Positions 41,622-51,383 of a stretch of DNA of 64,000 bases are shown here, piece after piece. The stretch is from Candidatus Kapaibacterium sp. (lineage in GTDB: Bacteria > Bacteroidota > Ignavibacteria > Kapaibacteriales > UBA2268), in assembly GCA_963664875.1 (NCBI GenBank), contig OY761611.1, forward strand, positions 2,272,001-2,336,000, read 5' to 3'. A model generated the notes under the pieces. That model was not told the DNA's origin, ran no database searches, and was given only the letters and a program-made list of their open reading frames with translations. The translations under genes and the position numbers were made by a program. Position 1 is the first letter of the stretch; each line of letters starts with the position of its first letter.

Positions 41622-42779
41622 ATGTATAAGTTGCTTTTTGTTCTGTTTGCATTTGCTCTGCCGGTAGCGGCGTATGCTGCCGAACCGGTGATTCAGGTTG
41701 CTCAGCTGCCGAGCGACGAAAGGCTTGAGATTTGGGAAGAATCCGAAGAGATTTTTACCGAAAAGGTAATGGAATACTATCATCAGGCTACTTTGCTCTA
41801 TATGCAGGCGAAACTTTCCGGCTTTGAAACTAATGAGCTGATTATTCCGCCGAGCTTCGAGCAGCTCTCCGATATGGATATCGAAACTATAAAAGAATAT
41901 CATGCTTTGGCGATGAAATATTTCGCTATTGTGGAATCTTTGCCTGAAATAGGTAATCGCGAAGAAATCGACAGACTTCGCAAAGAGCTTTTCGCTGCTA
42001 TGAATAAGAACAACGAGTTAGAAAAGCGTCAGTACGAGCTGGCTTTGAAGCACAATGATCTTACTTTCTATCGCGACAACTGGAAAGCTGCCCGAGAAGA
42101 AGCTGCAAAGCTAAACCGCAAACTTGACTCTGCTACTGCCGCTATGGATAAATATCTTATCCAAAGAGAAGGCGAAATCAGAGCTACTTACGAAAGAAAC
42201 GTTCGCAGATTTACTCCCGTGTTTTCTATCGGTGGTACTGCAAACAAATACTACATCCGCGATAACGGCATCGAAGATAAAATTGCCTTTGGTGGACAGC
42301 TTACATTTAACCCTGAGCCGGTTTTTGGATTTGGAAGATATTTCGAGCTTTTCGGAGAGTACATTGTGCCGAGATTTGTAACCGAGCTAAAAAATGAAGG
42401 CATCAGAGATAGCGATAAATGGAACTCTCAACTTTATACCATAGGCTTGAATTTCAAATTTGATAATGTAATTGATGTCAAAGACTTTACAGGTGGCATC
42501 AAAATAGGTGGTGGTCAGTTTTGGGGCAACGGCAAATTAGATAATGTAAATTACGGAGCAGCTACATTCGAAGGGCAAATGATTCGCTTCGAGATGTTTG
42601 TACGCAATGCGGATATTTCTCTGCCACTGGAGCTGTTTTTTGCATATAGTAGCTATTTTGCCTCTGACTTTGTGTTCGACTCACAGCTCCAATATATGGA
42701 CTTAGGCGAACCCCAATTTAACGTACTTACTTTAGGTGTCAGACTTGCTTTATGGAAAACTCCTGTCTATGAAAACTAA
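41622..42779 (+). CDS. Hypothetical secreted protein: helical/coiled-coil N-half, beta-barrel-like C-half
   Basis: ATG 41622 after GGAGG; signal peptide ending AYA; heptad region; alternating strands ending LTLGVRLALW. Confidence 0.75.
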   Translation: MYKLLFVLFAFALPVAAYAAEPVIQVAQLPSDERLEIWEESEEIFTEKVMEYYHQATLLYMQAKLSGFETNELIIPPSFEQLSDMDIETIKEYHALAMKYFAIVESLPEIGNREEIDRLRKELFAAMNKNNELEKRQYELALKHNDLTFYRDNWKAAREEAAKLNRKLDSATAAMDKYLIQREGEIRATYERNVRRFTPVFSIGGTANKYYIRDNGIEDKIAFGGQLTFNPEPVFGFGRYFELFGEYIVPRFVTELKNEGIRDSDKWNSQLYTIGLNFKFDNVIDVKDFTGGIKIGGGQFWGNGKLDNVNYGAATFEGQMIRFEMFVRNADISLPLELFFAYSSYFASDFVFDSQLQYMDLGEPQFNVLTLGVRLALWKTPVYEN

Positions 42780-42791
42780 TCCGGAGGGAGT

Positions 42792-43721
42792 ATGAGATAT
42801 CTAATATTATTGGCAATGCTTTCTGTCAGTCTTTCCGCGCAGGATATGGAGCAGGCTATGCGTTGGATTAAGCTTGGAAATACTTACAGAATAAGCGAGA
42901 ATTACCCTAAAGCAGGTGAATATCTGAAAAAAGGTATGGTAGAGATTCAAAAATGCGACGACTACACGGCAAAGTACTGGGAAGCTGTCGCAAACGAATA
43001 CTACGCATATCTTTACGAAGATATAAAGATGTATAATGAAGCTATGCAGCACTATGACAATGCATTAGCTATTTACGAGACTGTTATCACTCAAAAAGAC
43101 GGTAGCCCTTTCGCTCTTAAGCAGGTAATCAAAGACAGAAAATTGCGTTTAGACTCTTTGATTAAATCTGAGCAAATATTCCTGCAGGTAGTGAAAGCGG
43201 AACCTGAAGAAAAAGCAGTAGCAGGTGAAGAAGTTGTTCGGCAAGATACACTTTTTATTGAGGTAAAAAGCAAGTCACTAACTTTTGATAATCAAAAGCT
43301 GAAAGATATAAATTTTGTTATTCCTGAGAATATAGAAACAATCTCTGCAAGGAGTAACAGACTGAAAAATATCTCGCCGACAATTACCCGGCTTTCTAAT
43401 CTAAAATCTTTGGATTTGGAGGATAATAGGTTGAAAGAAGTATCTGCTACGGTTGGAGATATGAAGAAGTTAGAATATCTGAATCTATCTGATAATATGA
43501 TAAAAGAGCTGCCCGATGCAATAGGCGAGCTTCAAAATCTGAAATATTTAGATTTATCGGACAATCGGTTGAAAGCTTTGCCTGCCACTCTCGGGAAATT
43601 AAAGAATTTGAAAGTGCTTGATATAAGTAAAAACAAGCTACCATTTACGGCAGTAGAAAATCTAATAAAACAGCTGCCGAACACAAATATTATACACGAC
43701 GTTTATTCGCTCGCTAAATAG
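42792..43721 (+). CDS. Secreted TPR-like + leucine-rich-repeat protein
   Basis: Signal peptide; LGNTY...KAGEYL, AMQHYDNAL; 23-aa LRRs such as LKYLDLSDNRLKALPATLGKLKN. Confidence 0.85.
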   Translation: MRYLILLAMLSVSLSAQDMEQAMRWIKLGNTYRISENYPKAGEYLKKGMVEIQKCDDYTAKYWEAVANEYYAYLYEDIKMYNEAMQHYDNALAIYETVITQKDGSPFALKQVIKDRKLRLDSLIKSEQIFLQVVKAEPEEKAVAGEEVVRQDTLFIEVKSKSLTFDNQKLKDINFVIPENIETISARSNRLKNISPTITRLSNLKSLDLEDNRLKEVSATVGDMKKLEYLNLSDNMIKELPDAIGELQNLKYLDLSDNRLKALPATLGKLKNLKVLDISKNKLPFTAVENLIKQLPNTNIIHDVYSLAK

Positions 43722-43724
43722 AAC

Positions 43725-43765
43725 AAGAAGCTCGCCATGATTCCAAATTATCGGCGAGTTTTCTT
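43725..43765 (+). terminator. Terminator after LRR gene
   Basis: AAGAAGCTCGCC...GGCGAGTTTTCTT; a second hairpin CCTTCTGTAT...ATACAGAAGG lies near 43851..43877. Confidence 0.6.
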
Positions 43766-43916
43766 GATTACAACCGATCATAAAATACTTCGTTTGTAAT
43801 TAGAAAATGCCTTAGACTTTTAAAAACTAATAACAATTTTAATCAAAAACCCTTCTGTATTGATGAGATACAGAAGGATTTTTGATAAATACCATAGTTG
43901 CTCCAGGAATAGCCGC

Positions 43917-44723
43917 TTATTTTCTTCTTTGAAAGATATTTTTTTCTAAATCATAATACGCTAAACCCAACAAGCCTACGATATATGCAAAATATGTTGT
44001 GAGGGAAAGTGCAAAGCTGCGCTGGATATTTTTATAAGAGTTAATCACTTCCATTGGTAGTGAGTGGGGAATATAAATGTATGTTCCCTTGGCATTGAAT
44101 CCTATTGCTACCAATCCAATAAACATTATTCCAAACATATTGAGTAACTTGATATTAAATCTTTCACCCAACCATGTATGCAAAATTATTATAGGAAGAA
44201 ACAAAAAACTCCCCACTTGACTATAAAAAAGTCTTTCGAGAAAAAATGACAGCTCATACTCCTTCGGGAACCATTCTAAATAATGATTTGCTATCACAGA
44301 AAATACCATAACTGAAGATATACCAATGAATACTCCAATAATAGTATTAAGTAAGTTTTTGGCTATTTTCGAAAGGAATACAAGAAAAGGGCTTGTAGGT
44401 AGTACGCCAAGAGTAAATTCAGTTTTTGCCTCTCGCTCAATAGAACTAATAGAGGCAGTGTAGATTGCAATCATGACCGGGAACATAATAGTCATAAAGA
44501 ATGCAAAATAAAGATCGAGTGCATCATTTATAGTTAGCGCTCCATCTGCCATCTGGATTATAGCCTTGTAGTCATCTACAAATATGACGATAAAGCTAAG
44601 TAACACCAGTCCCGATAGTGGAATCAGATAGCTGAGTTTTATCATCTTTCTTCGTTTTAGTTTCAAGCCTTCTGCTTGGAAAGCAAGTAAAAATTTATCA
44701 AGGGTACTTATTGTTGTACTCAT
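43917..44723 (-). CDS. ABC-2 type transporter permease (lantibiotic-immunity-like family)
   Basis: AEGLKLKR, IERE...LGVLPTS...FLSK, six hydrophobic segments. Confidence 0.78.
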   Translation of the reverse strand: MSTTISTLDKFLLAFQAEGLKLKRRKMIKLSYLIPLSGLVLLSFIVIFVDDYKAIIQMADGALTINDALDLYFAFFMTIMFPVMIAIYTASISSIEREAKTEFTLGVLPTSPFLVFLSKIAKNLLNTIIGVFIGISSVMVFSVIANHYLEWFPKEYELSFFLERLFYSQVGSFLFLPIIILHTWLGERFNIKLLNMFGIMFIGLVAIGFNAKGTYIYIPHSLPMEVINSYKNIQRSFALSLTTYFAYIVGLLGLAYYDLEKNIFQRRK

Positions 44724-44933
44724 TTTATTTATTTCCGGATTTTATCTAAAAATCTTTATTGTGTTTTTGGATTATTAAGTAATGTTATCAATCTCAAAAA
44801 GATTTCTTTACTTTGAAGAGACGCAGACTTTAATACTTTACCTCGACAATGATTGGTATCAATTAAGCTCACTTTATTGACGGTTACCCAGCACCCAAAG
44901 AGATGCAGTGACATTTAGTATTTATATCTTAAC

Positions 44934-45013
44934 GCCCTTAAAGGGCTATATACTTCAAGGTTTCACTATACCCAGGCGTTGCCATGGGCTACGTCTTTGA
45001 GGCATTGAGCCTG
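44934..45013. repeat. Degenerate REP/REPIN-like palindromic element
   Basis: GCCCTTAAAGGGC, CCCAGGCGTTGCCATGGGCT and AGGCATTGAGCCT: GC-rich palindromes in an AT-rich spacer. Confidence 0.5.
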
Positions 45014-45044
45014 ACAAATCTTTTTAAAATTGACTCATTCTAAC

Positions 45045-45749
45045 CTACAGAGCATTAAGAACAAGATCTACATATTTTTTCTCTAAATAGTCGTCCTCAC
45101 CTTTTGCTATCTCGCCATACTCAAGGATATTTCCCTTGTCCAAAAAGGCATAGTGAGTACAGAAAGGCGTAACCTCACGCAGCAAATGGCTCGAAATAAT
45201 AAATGAAACTCCCTGTTTATGCAGTTCAATAATTTTATCTCTCAGCATCATCACTCCACCTGGGTCTAAACCTGAGAATGGTTCGTCGAGGATTATCAAT
45301 TTTGGATTGAAAAGCAGAGCCGCAGCAAGTGAAAGCCTTTGCTTCATACCTGTCGAAAATTCTTTGAATAACTTTTTACCGCTATCAAGATTTGCTAAAG
45401 TCAAAGCATTATTTACTCTCGCTTCGATATCATCTAATCCTCTGTAGAGGCAAATAATTTTCAGATTCTCTTTCGCTGTAAGTTTTGGGTAGTATTTTGG
45501 ATCTTCAATGCTTACATAAATGGTGGAGAGGATTTCGTCTCTTGCGGATTCGTAAGTTTTCCCAAAAATTTCCACCTTGCCTTTTTGAGGAAAGACCACA
45601 CCGGAAATAATTTTAATAAGAGTAGATTTTCCGGCACCATTCGGCCCAACAAGACAAGTAATTGTGCCATCCGGAATTTCAAGATTCAGGTTTTCGTATA
45701 GCTTTGTCTTCCTGTTATAAGCAAAGCTAAGGTCTGATAAGTTAATCAC
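45045..45749 (-). CDS. ABC transporter ATP-binding protein
   Basis: GPNGAGKST, FSTGMKQRL, LIILDEP, ISSH; probable GTG start at 45749. Confidence 0.93.
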   Translation of the reverse strand: MINLSDLSFAYNRKTKLYENLNLEIPDGTITCLVGPNGAGKSTLIKIISGVVFPQKGKVEIFGKTYESARDEILSTIYVSIEDPKYYPKLTAKENLKIICLYRGLDDIEARVNNALTLANLDSGKKLFKEFSTGMKQRLSLAAALLFNPKLIILDEPFSGLDPGGVMMLRDKIIELHKQGVSFIISSHLLREVTPFCTHYAFLDKGNILEYGEIAKGEDDYLEKKYVDLVLNAL

Positions 45750-45905
45750 GTTACATCCATCATGGTAAGAAAAATTATATTTTATGTGATTTGGAACTAC
45801 AAAATTCCACATTTTATACGATTAAACAAAAGGAAAGTTGCAGTATTGTTATAGATTGATAATCATATCTTTAGATATTTGCGTTAGGTCAAAGTGGGTC
45901 TGCAC

Positions 45906-45954
45906 AAAGGCAAAGCCCACTACTTCAAGTAAATATTAGTGGGCTTTGCCTTTT
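45906..45954. terminator. Long inverted repeat downstream of menH
   Basis: AAAGGCAAAGCCCACTA...TAGTGGGCTTTGCCTTT (17 bp perfect). Confidence 0.7.
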
Positions 45955-45990
45955 AACATATTTCGAATTGGTAGTTTTTTTTACTGTAAT

Positions 45991-46785
45991 CTATGACCTT
46001 TCGAGAAAATTTCTCATCACATTCATAAAAGCATGAGAATTTTCTACATGTGGGATATGCCCGGAATTAGTAACAGAATGTATGCAGCTATCAGGAATAA
46101 GTTCCTGCATAGCATGACTAATCTTAGAATATTTTCCGTCGTACTCACCATGAATGATGCAAGTCGGCATATTGATATAGCTGAGCTTATACCACATAGA
46201 TTCCATGGCTCCCGTGCCCATCTTTTTCAATGCTAATGCAAGATGCTTAGGAGAGTTAGTTTTTTTTGATTCAATCATGTCATAATGTCTGTGATTATCG
46301 CGTAATGAATTGAAAAGAGGAAGCTGGTACCATTCAACCAAAAATTTCGAAAATGGTATATTTTCCAATTTTTCAACCATTTGTAAGTCAAATTTTTCTC
46401 TTTCCTTTCTTTCTTTAAGATTTTTCAGACCTGCAGATGTAGATTCCAATAGAAGCCTACTTACTTTTTCGGGATATTTTGTAGCATAATTAAGTGCGAC
46501 TCTGCCACCCATCGAATAACCACATAATATAACGCTGTCTATTCTTAAAAAATCCAAAATTGAATTTATAGATTTATTTACGAAATGGAAAGAATAGAAT
46601 TCTTCTCTGTCAAGCAACGATTTGCCATGCCCCGGCAAATCTATGGCAAGGCATGAATAACTTCCGCCAAATTGTGAAGTAATGTGCTGCCAATCCGCAC
46701 TGCTACCCATAAATCCATGGATAAAAAGAATAGTAGGCTTGCCCGCAGCAAAGTCATATTTATATGATAGGCTTGAATCAGTCAT
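45991..46785 (-). CDS. menH: Alpha/beta hydrolase, probable SHCHC synthase
   Basis: HGFMGSSADW, DLPGHG, GYSMGGRVAL, ESTSAGL, WYQLPLF, GEYDGKY, GHIPHVE. Confidence 0.8.
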   Translation of the reverse strand: MTDSSLSYKYDFAAGKPTILFIHGFMGSSADWQHITSQFGGSYSCLAIDLPGHGKSLLDREEFYSFHFVNKSINSILDFLRIDSVILCGYSMGGRVALNYATKYPEKVSRLLLESTSAGLKNLKERKEREKFDLQMVEKLENIPFSKFLVEWYQLPLFNSLRDNHRHYDMIESKKTNSPKHLALALKKMGTGAMESMWYKLSYINMPTCIIHGEYDGKYSKISHAMQELIPDSCIHSVTNSGHIPHVENSHAFMNVMRNFLERS

Positions 46786-47082
46786 AGTTTATCTCAGATA
46801 TATCTAATATTATAAGGGCAAAACGAACTAAATTACGAAGAAAGGTTATCTAAAGTGTAATCTGTGCCATAATTTGCACCACACTAATGTATAGTTATTT
46901 TGCTTCTGCTATATTATACCAAACTTCTCTATTTTACAAGTAATATACTTTAATAATCTAAAGATAGATTTGATAGCAGTAACTCTAAGTATCCCTTTTT
47001 CAAACTTTTATTTTTTGCAAGGTTTGACTATATTCAAGTATTGATTTAACACATTTATAAATTTTAACGGACATAAACAATC

Positions 47083-49137
47083 ATGATAGCAAAAGAGCTT
47101 ATTGCTCCGAAAAGCATTGCTGTTATCGGTGCTTCAAATGATGATAAAAAGCCGGGCGGAAAGATATTAAAGAATATCCTGACTGCCGGTTTCGATGGTA
47201 AAGTTTACCCTGTTAATCCTAAAGAAACAGAGATACAAGGACATACTTGTATTCAAAACCCTGCTGATTTGCCACAAACTGACTTGGCAATTTTGGCAAT
47301 CCCTGCTCAGTTCTGCTTACCAACTATTCAGCTTCTAATCAAAGAAAAAGGCACAAAAGGATTTATTATCCTTTCTGCAGGCTTCAGCGAATTAGGCGAA
47401 GAAGGTAGCAAAATGGAACAGGATATCGCTGATGCAGTAACTGCTGCAGGTGGCACTCTTATCGGTCCGAACTGTATCGGTGTTTTGAATACCAACTATG
47501 CAGGTGTTTTTGCAGGCCCTATTCCAAAATTAGATCCTATGGGTATTGACTTTGCTTCAGGTTCGGGTGCAACTGCTGTATTTATAGTAGAAGCAGCTAT
47601 GACTCGTGGTCTTTCTTTCTCTTCTTTATATTCTGTTGGCAATAGCGCTCAAACAGGTGTAGAAGAAGTATTGAAATACTGGGACGAAACGTTCGATCCG
47701 GCAACAAGCTCTAAAGTTAAATTGCTTTACGTTGAGCAAATCCACAAACCTGAAATGCTTTTGAAACACGCATCTTCTCTAATCAGCAAAGGCTGCAAAA
47801 TTGCTGCTATCAAAGCAGGCACTACTGAAGCTGGTTCAAGAGCTGTGTCTTCTCACACAGGTGCTTTGGCAGGTTCTGACTCTGCAGTTGATGCATTGTT
47901 CAAAAAAGCGGGTATTGTACGTTGCTACAGCAGAATGGAACTTGTTCACGTGGCTCAGGTGTTTACACGTCCTGAACTAAAAGGTAAAAATATTGCTATC
48001 ATTACTCACGCAGGCGGTCCGGGCGTAATGCTTACTGATGCACTTGCGAAAGGCAATATGGACGTTCCTCACATCTCCGGTGAAGCTGCTGATGAGCTTC
48101 TTGGCAAATTGTTCCACGGCTCTTCTGTTGCAAACCCTATCGATTTCCTTGCTACAGGTACTGCAGAACACTTGGGAATGATTTTAGATTATGTAGATCA
48201 AAAATTTGATAATATAGATGGTGCTGCTGTTATATTCGGTACAACAGGACTTTTCGACGTAACAGAAGTATATGACGTATTAGACGAAAAGATGAAAACT
48301 TGCAAAAAGCCAATATATCCTATTCTTCCTTCAATTGTTTTAGCTGCCGATGAAGTAGAACACTTCGTAGCTAAGGGTAGAAACTTCTTCCCTGATGAAG
48401 TTGAGTTAGGCAACGCTCTTGCAAAAGTTTATCACACTGACAAACCTGAAATGGATGTAGTTCTTCCTGAAGTAGATAAAGCTGCTATCAGAAAAATTAT
48501 CGACGAAAACAAAGAAGGTTATATTAGCCCTGAATCAGTTCAAGCGTTGTTAGATGCTGCAGGTATTCCTCGTGCTGCAGAGATTGTTGTTGATAAAAAA
48601 GAAGATGCTGTAAAAGCAATCGAAACTATTAAGTTCCCACTGGTGATGAAAGTGGTAGGCCCTGTGCATAAATCTGACGTTGGCGGTGTAGCTCTTAACA
48701 TTAAATCACAAGAAGAAGTGGAAGCTAACTTCGAAAAAATGATGCGAATCAAAGACGCTACAGGCGTGCTAATGCAACCAATGCTCAGCGGTCAGGAATT
48801 ATTCGTAGGTGCTTCTTACGAAGATACTTTCGGACATTTGATTCTTGCCGGTATGGGTGGCATATTCATCGAAGTATTGAAAGATGTATCGAACGCTCTT
48901 TCTCCTGTGAGCAAAGAGGAAGCTACTAAAATGATTACATCCCTCAAATCATATAAAATGATTGAAGGCGTACGTGGCCAGGAAGGTGTAAACCAGGAAA
49001 TATTTGCAGACATCATCTGCAGACTTTCTGCTTTATTAGAAGCTGCACCTGAAATCAAAGAAATGGATTTGAATCCGCTTCTTGGCAAAGCTGATCAGGT
49101 TATTGCAGTAGATGCAAGAGTAAGGATAGAAAAGTAA
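47083..49137 (+). CDS. Acetate--CoA ligase (ADP-forming) family, fused alpha/beta
   Basis: PKSIAVIGAS, IGPNCIG, SSHTGALAG, NPID, HKSDVGGV, EMDLNPL, AVDARV. Confidence 0.93.
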   Translation: MIAKELIAPKSIAVIGASNDDKKPGGKILKNILTAGFDGKVYPVNPKETEIQGHTCIQNPADLPQTDLAILAIPAQFCLPTIQLLIKEKGTKGFIILSAGFSELGEEGSKMEQDIADAVTAAGGTLIGPNCIGVLNTNYAGVFAGPIPKLDPMGIDFASGSGATAVFIVEAAMTRGLSFSSLYSVGNSAQTGVEEVLKYWDETFDPATSSKVKLLYVEQIHKPEMLLKHASSLISKGCKIAAIKAGTTEAGSRAVSSHTGALAGSDSAVDALFKKAGIVRCYSRMELVHVAQVFTRPELKGKNIAIITHAGGPGVMLTDALAKGNMDVPHISGEAADELLGKLFHGSSVANPIDFLATGTAEHLGMILDYVDQKFDNIDGAAVIFGTTGLFDVTEVYDVLDEKMKTCKKPIYPILPSIVLAADEVEHFVAKGRNFFPDEVELGNALAKVYHTDKPEMDVVLPEVDKAAIRKIIDENKEGYISPESVQALLDAAGIPRAAEIVVDKKEDAVKAIETIKFPLVMKVVGPVHKSDVGGVALNIKSQEEVEANFEKMMRIKDATGVLMQPMLSGQELFVGASYEDTFGHLILAGMGGIFIEVLKDVSNALSPVSKEEATKMITSLKSYKMIEGVRGQEGVNQEIFADIICRLSALLEAAPEIKEMDLNPLLGKADQVIAVDARVRIEK

Positions 49138-49200
49138 GAAAAAGCTCTTATACTTAACTTAAAAGCTGCCTGGAGCAAATAATGTTATCAGGCAGTTTTT
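49049..49200 (+). repeat. Direct repeat copy 1 (3' end of acetate-CoA ligase gene plus terminator)
   Basis: Matches 51073..51227; first 46 bp identical. Confidence 0.9.
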
Positions 49201-49580
49201 CTATTTATCCTTTTTTAATTCAATTCAGGAAACAACTATTACTTCGTAGCATGTGTATGATTTAAATTCATTCCACAATCGCCTCAATATGATATAATTG
49301 ACACTATAACGCCCTGTATTCACACAGAATGAATCCGATATTTATATCCGTTTATATATCTCCAATCGTCATAAATATATATTGCTTAGAGAGAATATAT
49401 CTTTGCAATTTATATTCTTAAAGAGTAATTTAGTGCCTGCTAAGTAGCCTAATAATTTGAATGTATTGATAGCTGTAATTATGAGTTTTCGATTTTATCT
49501 AACCGCTCAATATCAACTAAGAAGATCAAACTAGTAAATAGTATATTGGCGAAGGTATATACATAAATATGGAGTGATAA

Positions 49581-50951
49581 ATGAAAAATTATGATGTTGT
49601 TATTATCGGAGCTGGACCAGCGGGTATCGTTACCGGTGCCACAATCAAAAAACAGTATCCGCACAAATCAGTCATAGTATTTGCTGAAGAAGAAAAGGGG
49701 TTAGTGCCTTGCGGAATTCCTTATATTTTTCATCATCTAAATTCAGTAGAAAAAAATGTAATGATGCCAAAAGCTGTAATTGACGCCGGTGGAGAAGTGG
49801 TTGTTGATTATGTAACGAACGTTGATGCTGATGTCAAAACAGTTACAACTGAAAGTGGTGGAATCTATAAGTTCGAAAAATTGATTTTTGCTACAGGTTC
49901 CCGCGCGGTTGTAGCAAACTTTATTCCCGGGTACGATCTCGAGAATGTTTTTTATGTTCGTAAAAGCTACAATTACATCACAAAAATGTTCGCTGAACTA
50001 AAAGAAAAGAAAAATATAGTGGTTGTTGGCGGTGGATTTATTGGAGCCGAGATTGCAGAACAATTATCTCTTAATCTTGATAAAAAAGTAAAACTTATAG
50101 AATCAGAAGAATATTGCTTTTCGAAAGCTTTTTCTAATAACTTGAGCAAAATTGCGACAGAACAACTCCGCAAAACTGATGTAGATGTATTTACTTCTTC
50201 AATGGTACAAGAAATATTAGGAGAAGACGGAAAAGTAAAAGCTGTTAGATTGAAAGATGGAAATGAATTTGAAGCGGATGCAATCATACTTGCTGTTGGT
50301 TATAAACCAAATACTCAATTAGCGATAGATGCAGGGCTGACAGTAAACAGAAACAATGCAATTGTTGTTGACAACTACAAACAGTCATCCGTTAAAGATA
50401 TTTATGCTGTCGGTGACTGCTCTCAAACTTTAGGTTTTCTTACAGGTAGAGATGATTTTATCATGTTGGCATCAACTGCCACCGCTGAAGCAAGAATATT
50501 AGGATATAACTTGTTTGGCTTAAAAATTAAAAATAGATTTTCAGGCACTATAGGCATTTTCTCTACAGTGATTAAAGACTTATCGATGGCTGCAGCCGGA
50601 TTGAATGAGAAAAATGGATTAATGACAGATGTGGACTATATAGAAGCAGAGTTCTCTGCTGTTGATCGACATCCCGGAACAATTGACGATACTTCATCTT
50701 TATCTGTCAAATTATTTGTTTCTCCTACTGATGGTTCTATCCTTGGAGGAGAAGTATGGGGTGGAAAATCTGCAGGCGAAATCATTAATACAATCGGTCT
50801 TGCTATCCAGAAAAATGTTACTATTTACGAATTGATTTCATATCAAATTGGGTCACACCCATTATTAACCACGGCTCCTACAATGCCTGTATTTATAAAG
50901 GCAGCTGAAGTTGCCCTCAATAAAATAGAAGCTCAAAGAAAAATAGGATAA
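49581..50951 (+). CDS. FAD-dependent pyridine nucleotide-disulfide oxidoreductase (NADH oxidase / CoA-disulfide reductase family)
   Basis: GAGPAG, single redox Cys in VPCGIPY, FATGS, GGGFIGAE, IYAVGDC, SHPLLT dimerisation domain. Confidence 0.9.
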   Translation: MKNYDVVIIGAGPAGIVTGATIKKQYPHKSVIVFAEEEKGLVPCGIPYIFHHLNSVEKNVMMPKAVIDAGGEVVVDYVTNVDADVKTVTTESGGIYKFEKLIFATGSRAVVANFIPGYDLENVFYVRKSYNYITKMFAELKEKKNIVVVGGGFIGAEIAEQLSLNLDKKVKLIESEEYCFSKAFSNNLSKIATEQLRKTDVDVFTSSMVQEILGEDGKVKAVRLKDGNEFEADAIILAVGYKPNTQLAIDAGLTVNRNNAIVVDNYKQSSVKDIYAVGDCSQTLGFLTGRDDFIMLASTATAEARILGYNLFGLKIKNRFSGTIGIFSTVIKDLSMAAAGLNEKNGLMTDVDYIEAEFSAVDRHPGTIDDTSSLSVKLFVSPTDGSILGGEVWGGKSAGEIINTIGLAIQKNVTIYELISYQIGSHPLLTTAPTMPVFIKAAEVALNKIEAQRKIG

Positions 50952-51072
50952 GCATAGCAAATTATATCAGAATTTTAACACTAATGCTATTTCAATCTTT
51001 TTTCGATACAGTTAATTCAAGTAGCTATTATATTTTATCAGCACACGGAACACATTATTGTCTCTATTGATT

Positions 51073-51227
51073 CTGAAATCAAAGAAATGGATTTGAATCC
51101 GCTTCTTGGCAAAGCTGACAAGGTTATTGCAGTTGATGCAAGAGGTAAAGGATAGAAAAGCAAGAAAAGGCTCTTATATTTAATTTAAAAGCTGCCTGGA
51201 GCAAATAATGTTATCAGGTAGCTTTTT
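51073..51227 (+). repeat. Direct repeat copy 2 (decayed ligase 3' end plus terminator)
   Basis: CTGAAATCAAAGAAATGGATTTGAATCCGCTTCTTGGCAAAGCTGA...GCTGCCTGGAGCAAATAATGTTATCAGG. Confidence 0.9.
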
Positions 51228-51383
51228 TTCTAATAAAAAGGAGCTGCTTAGGTAGAATTTCAGTCGATATACAAACTTGAATCTAATTAACCGCTTCAAT
51301 CAGGAATCAATTCTTGGCAGAAATGATTTTATGATTATATTTGTTTACATTCAAATTTGTTTGACCTCTATCTGGTAAGCGAT

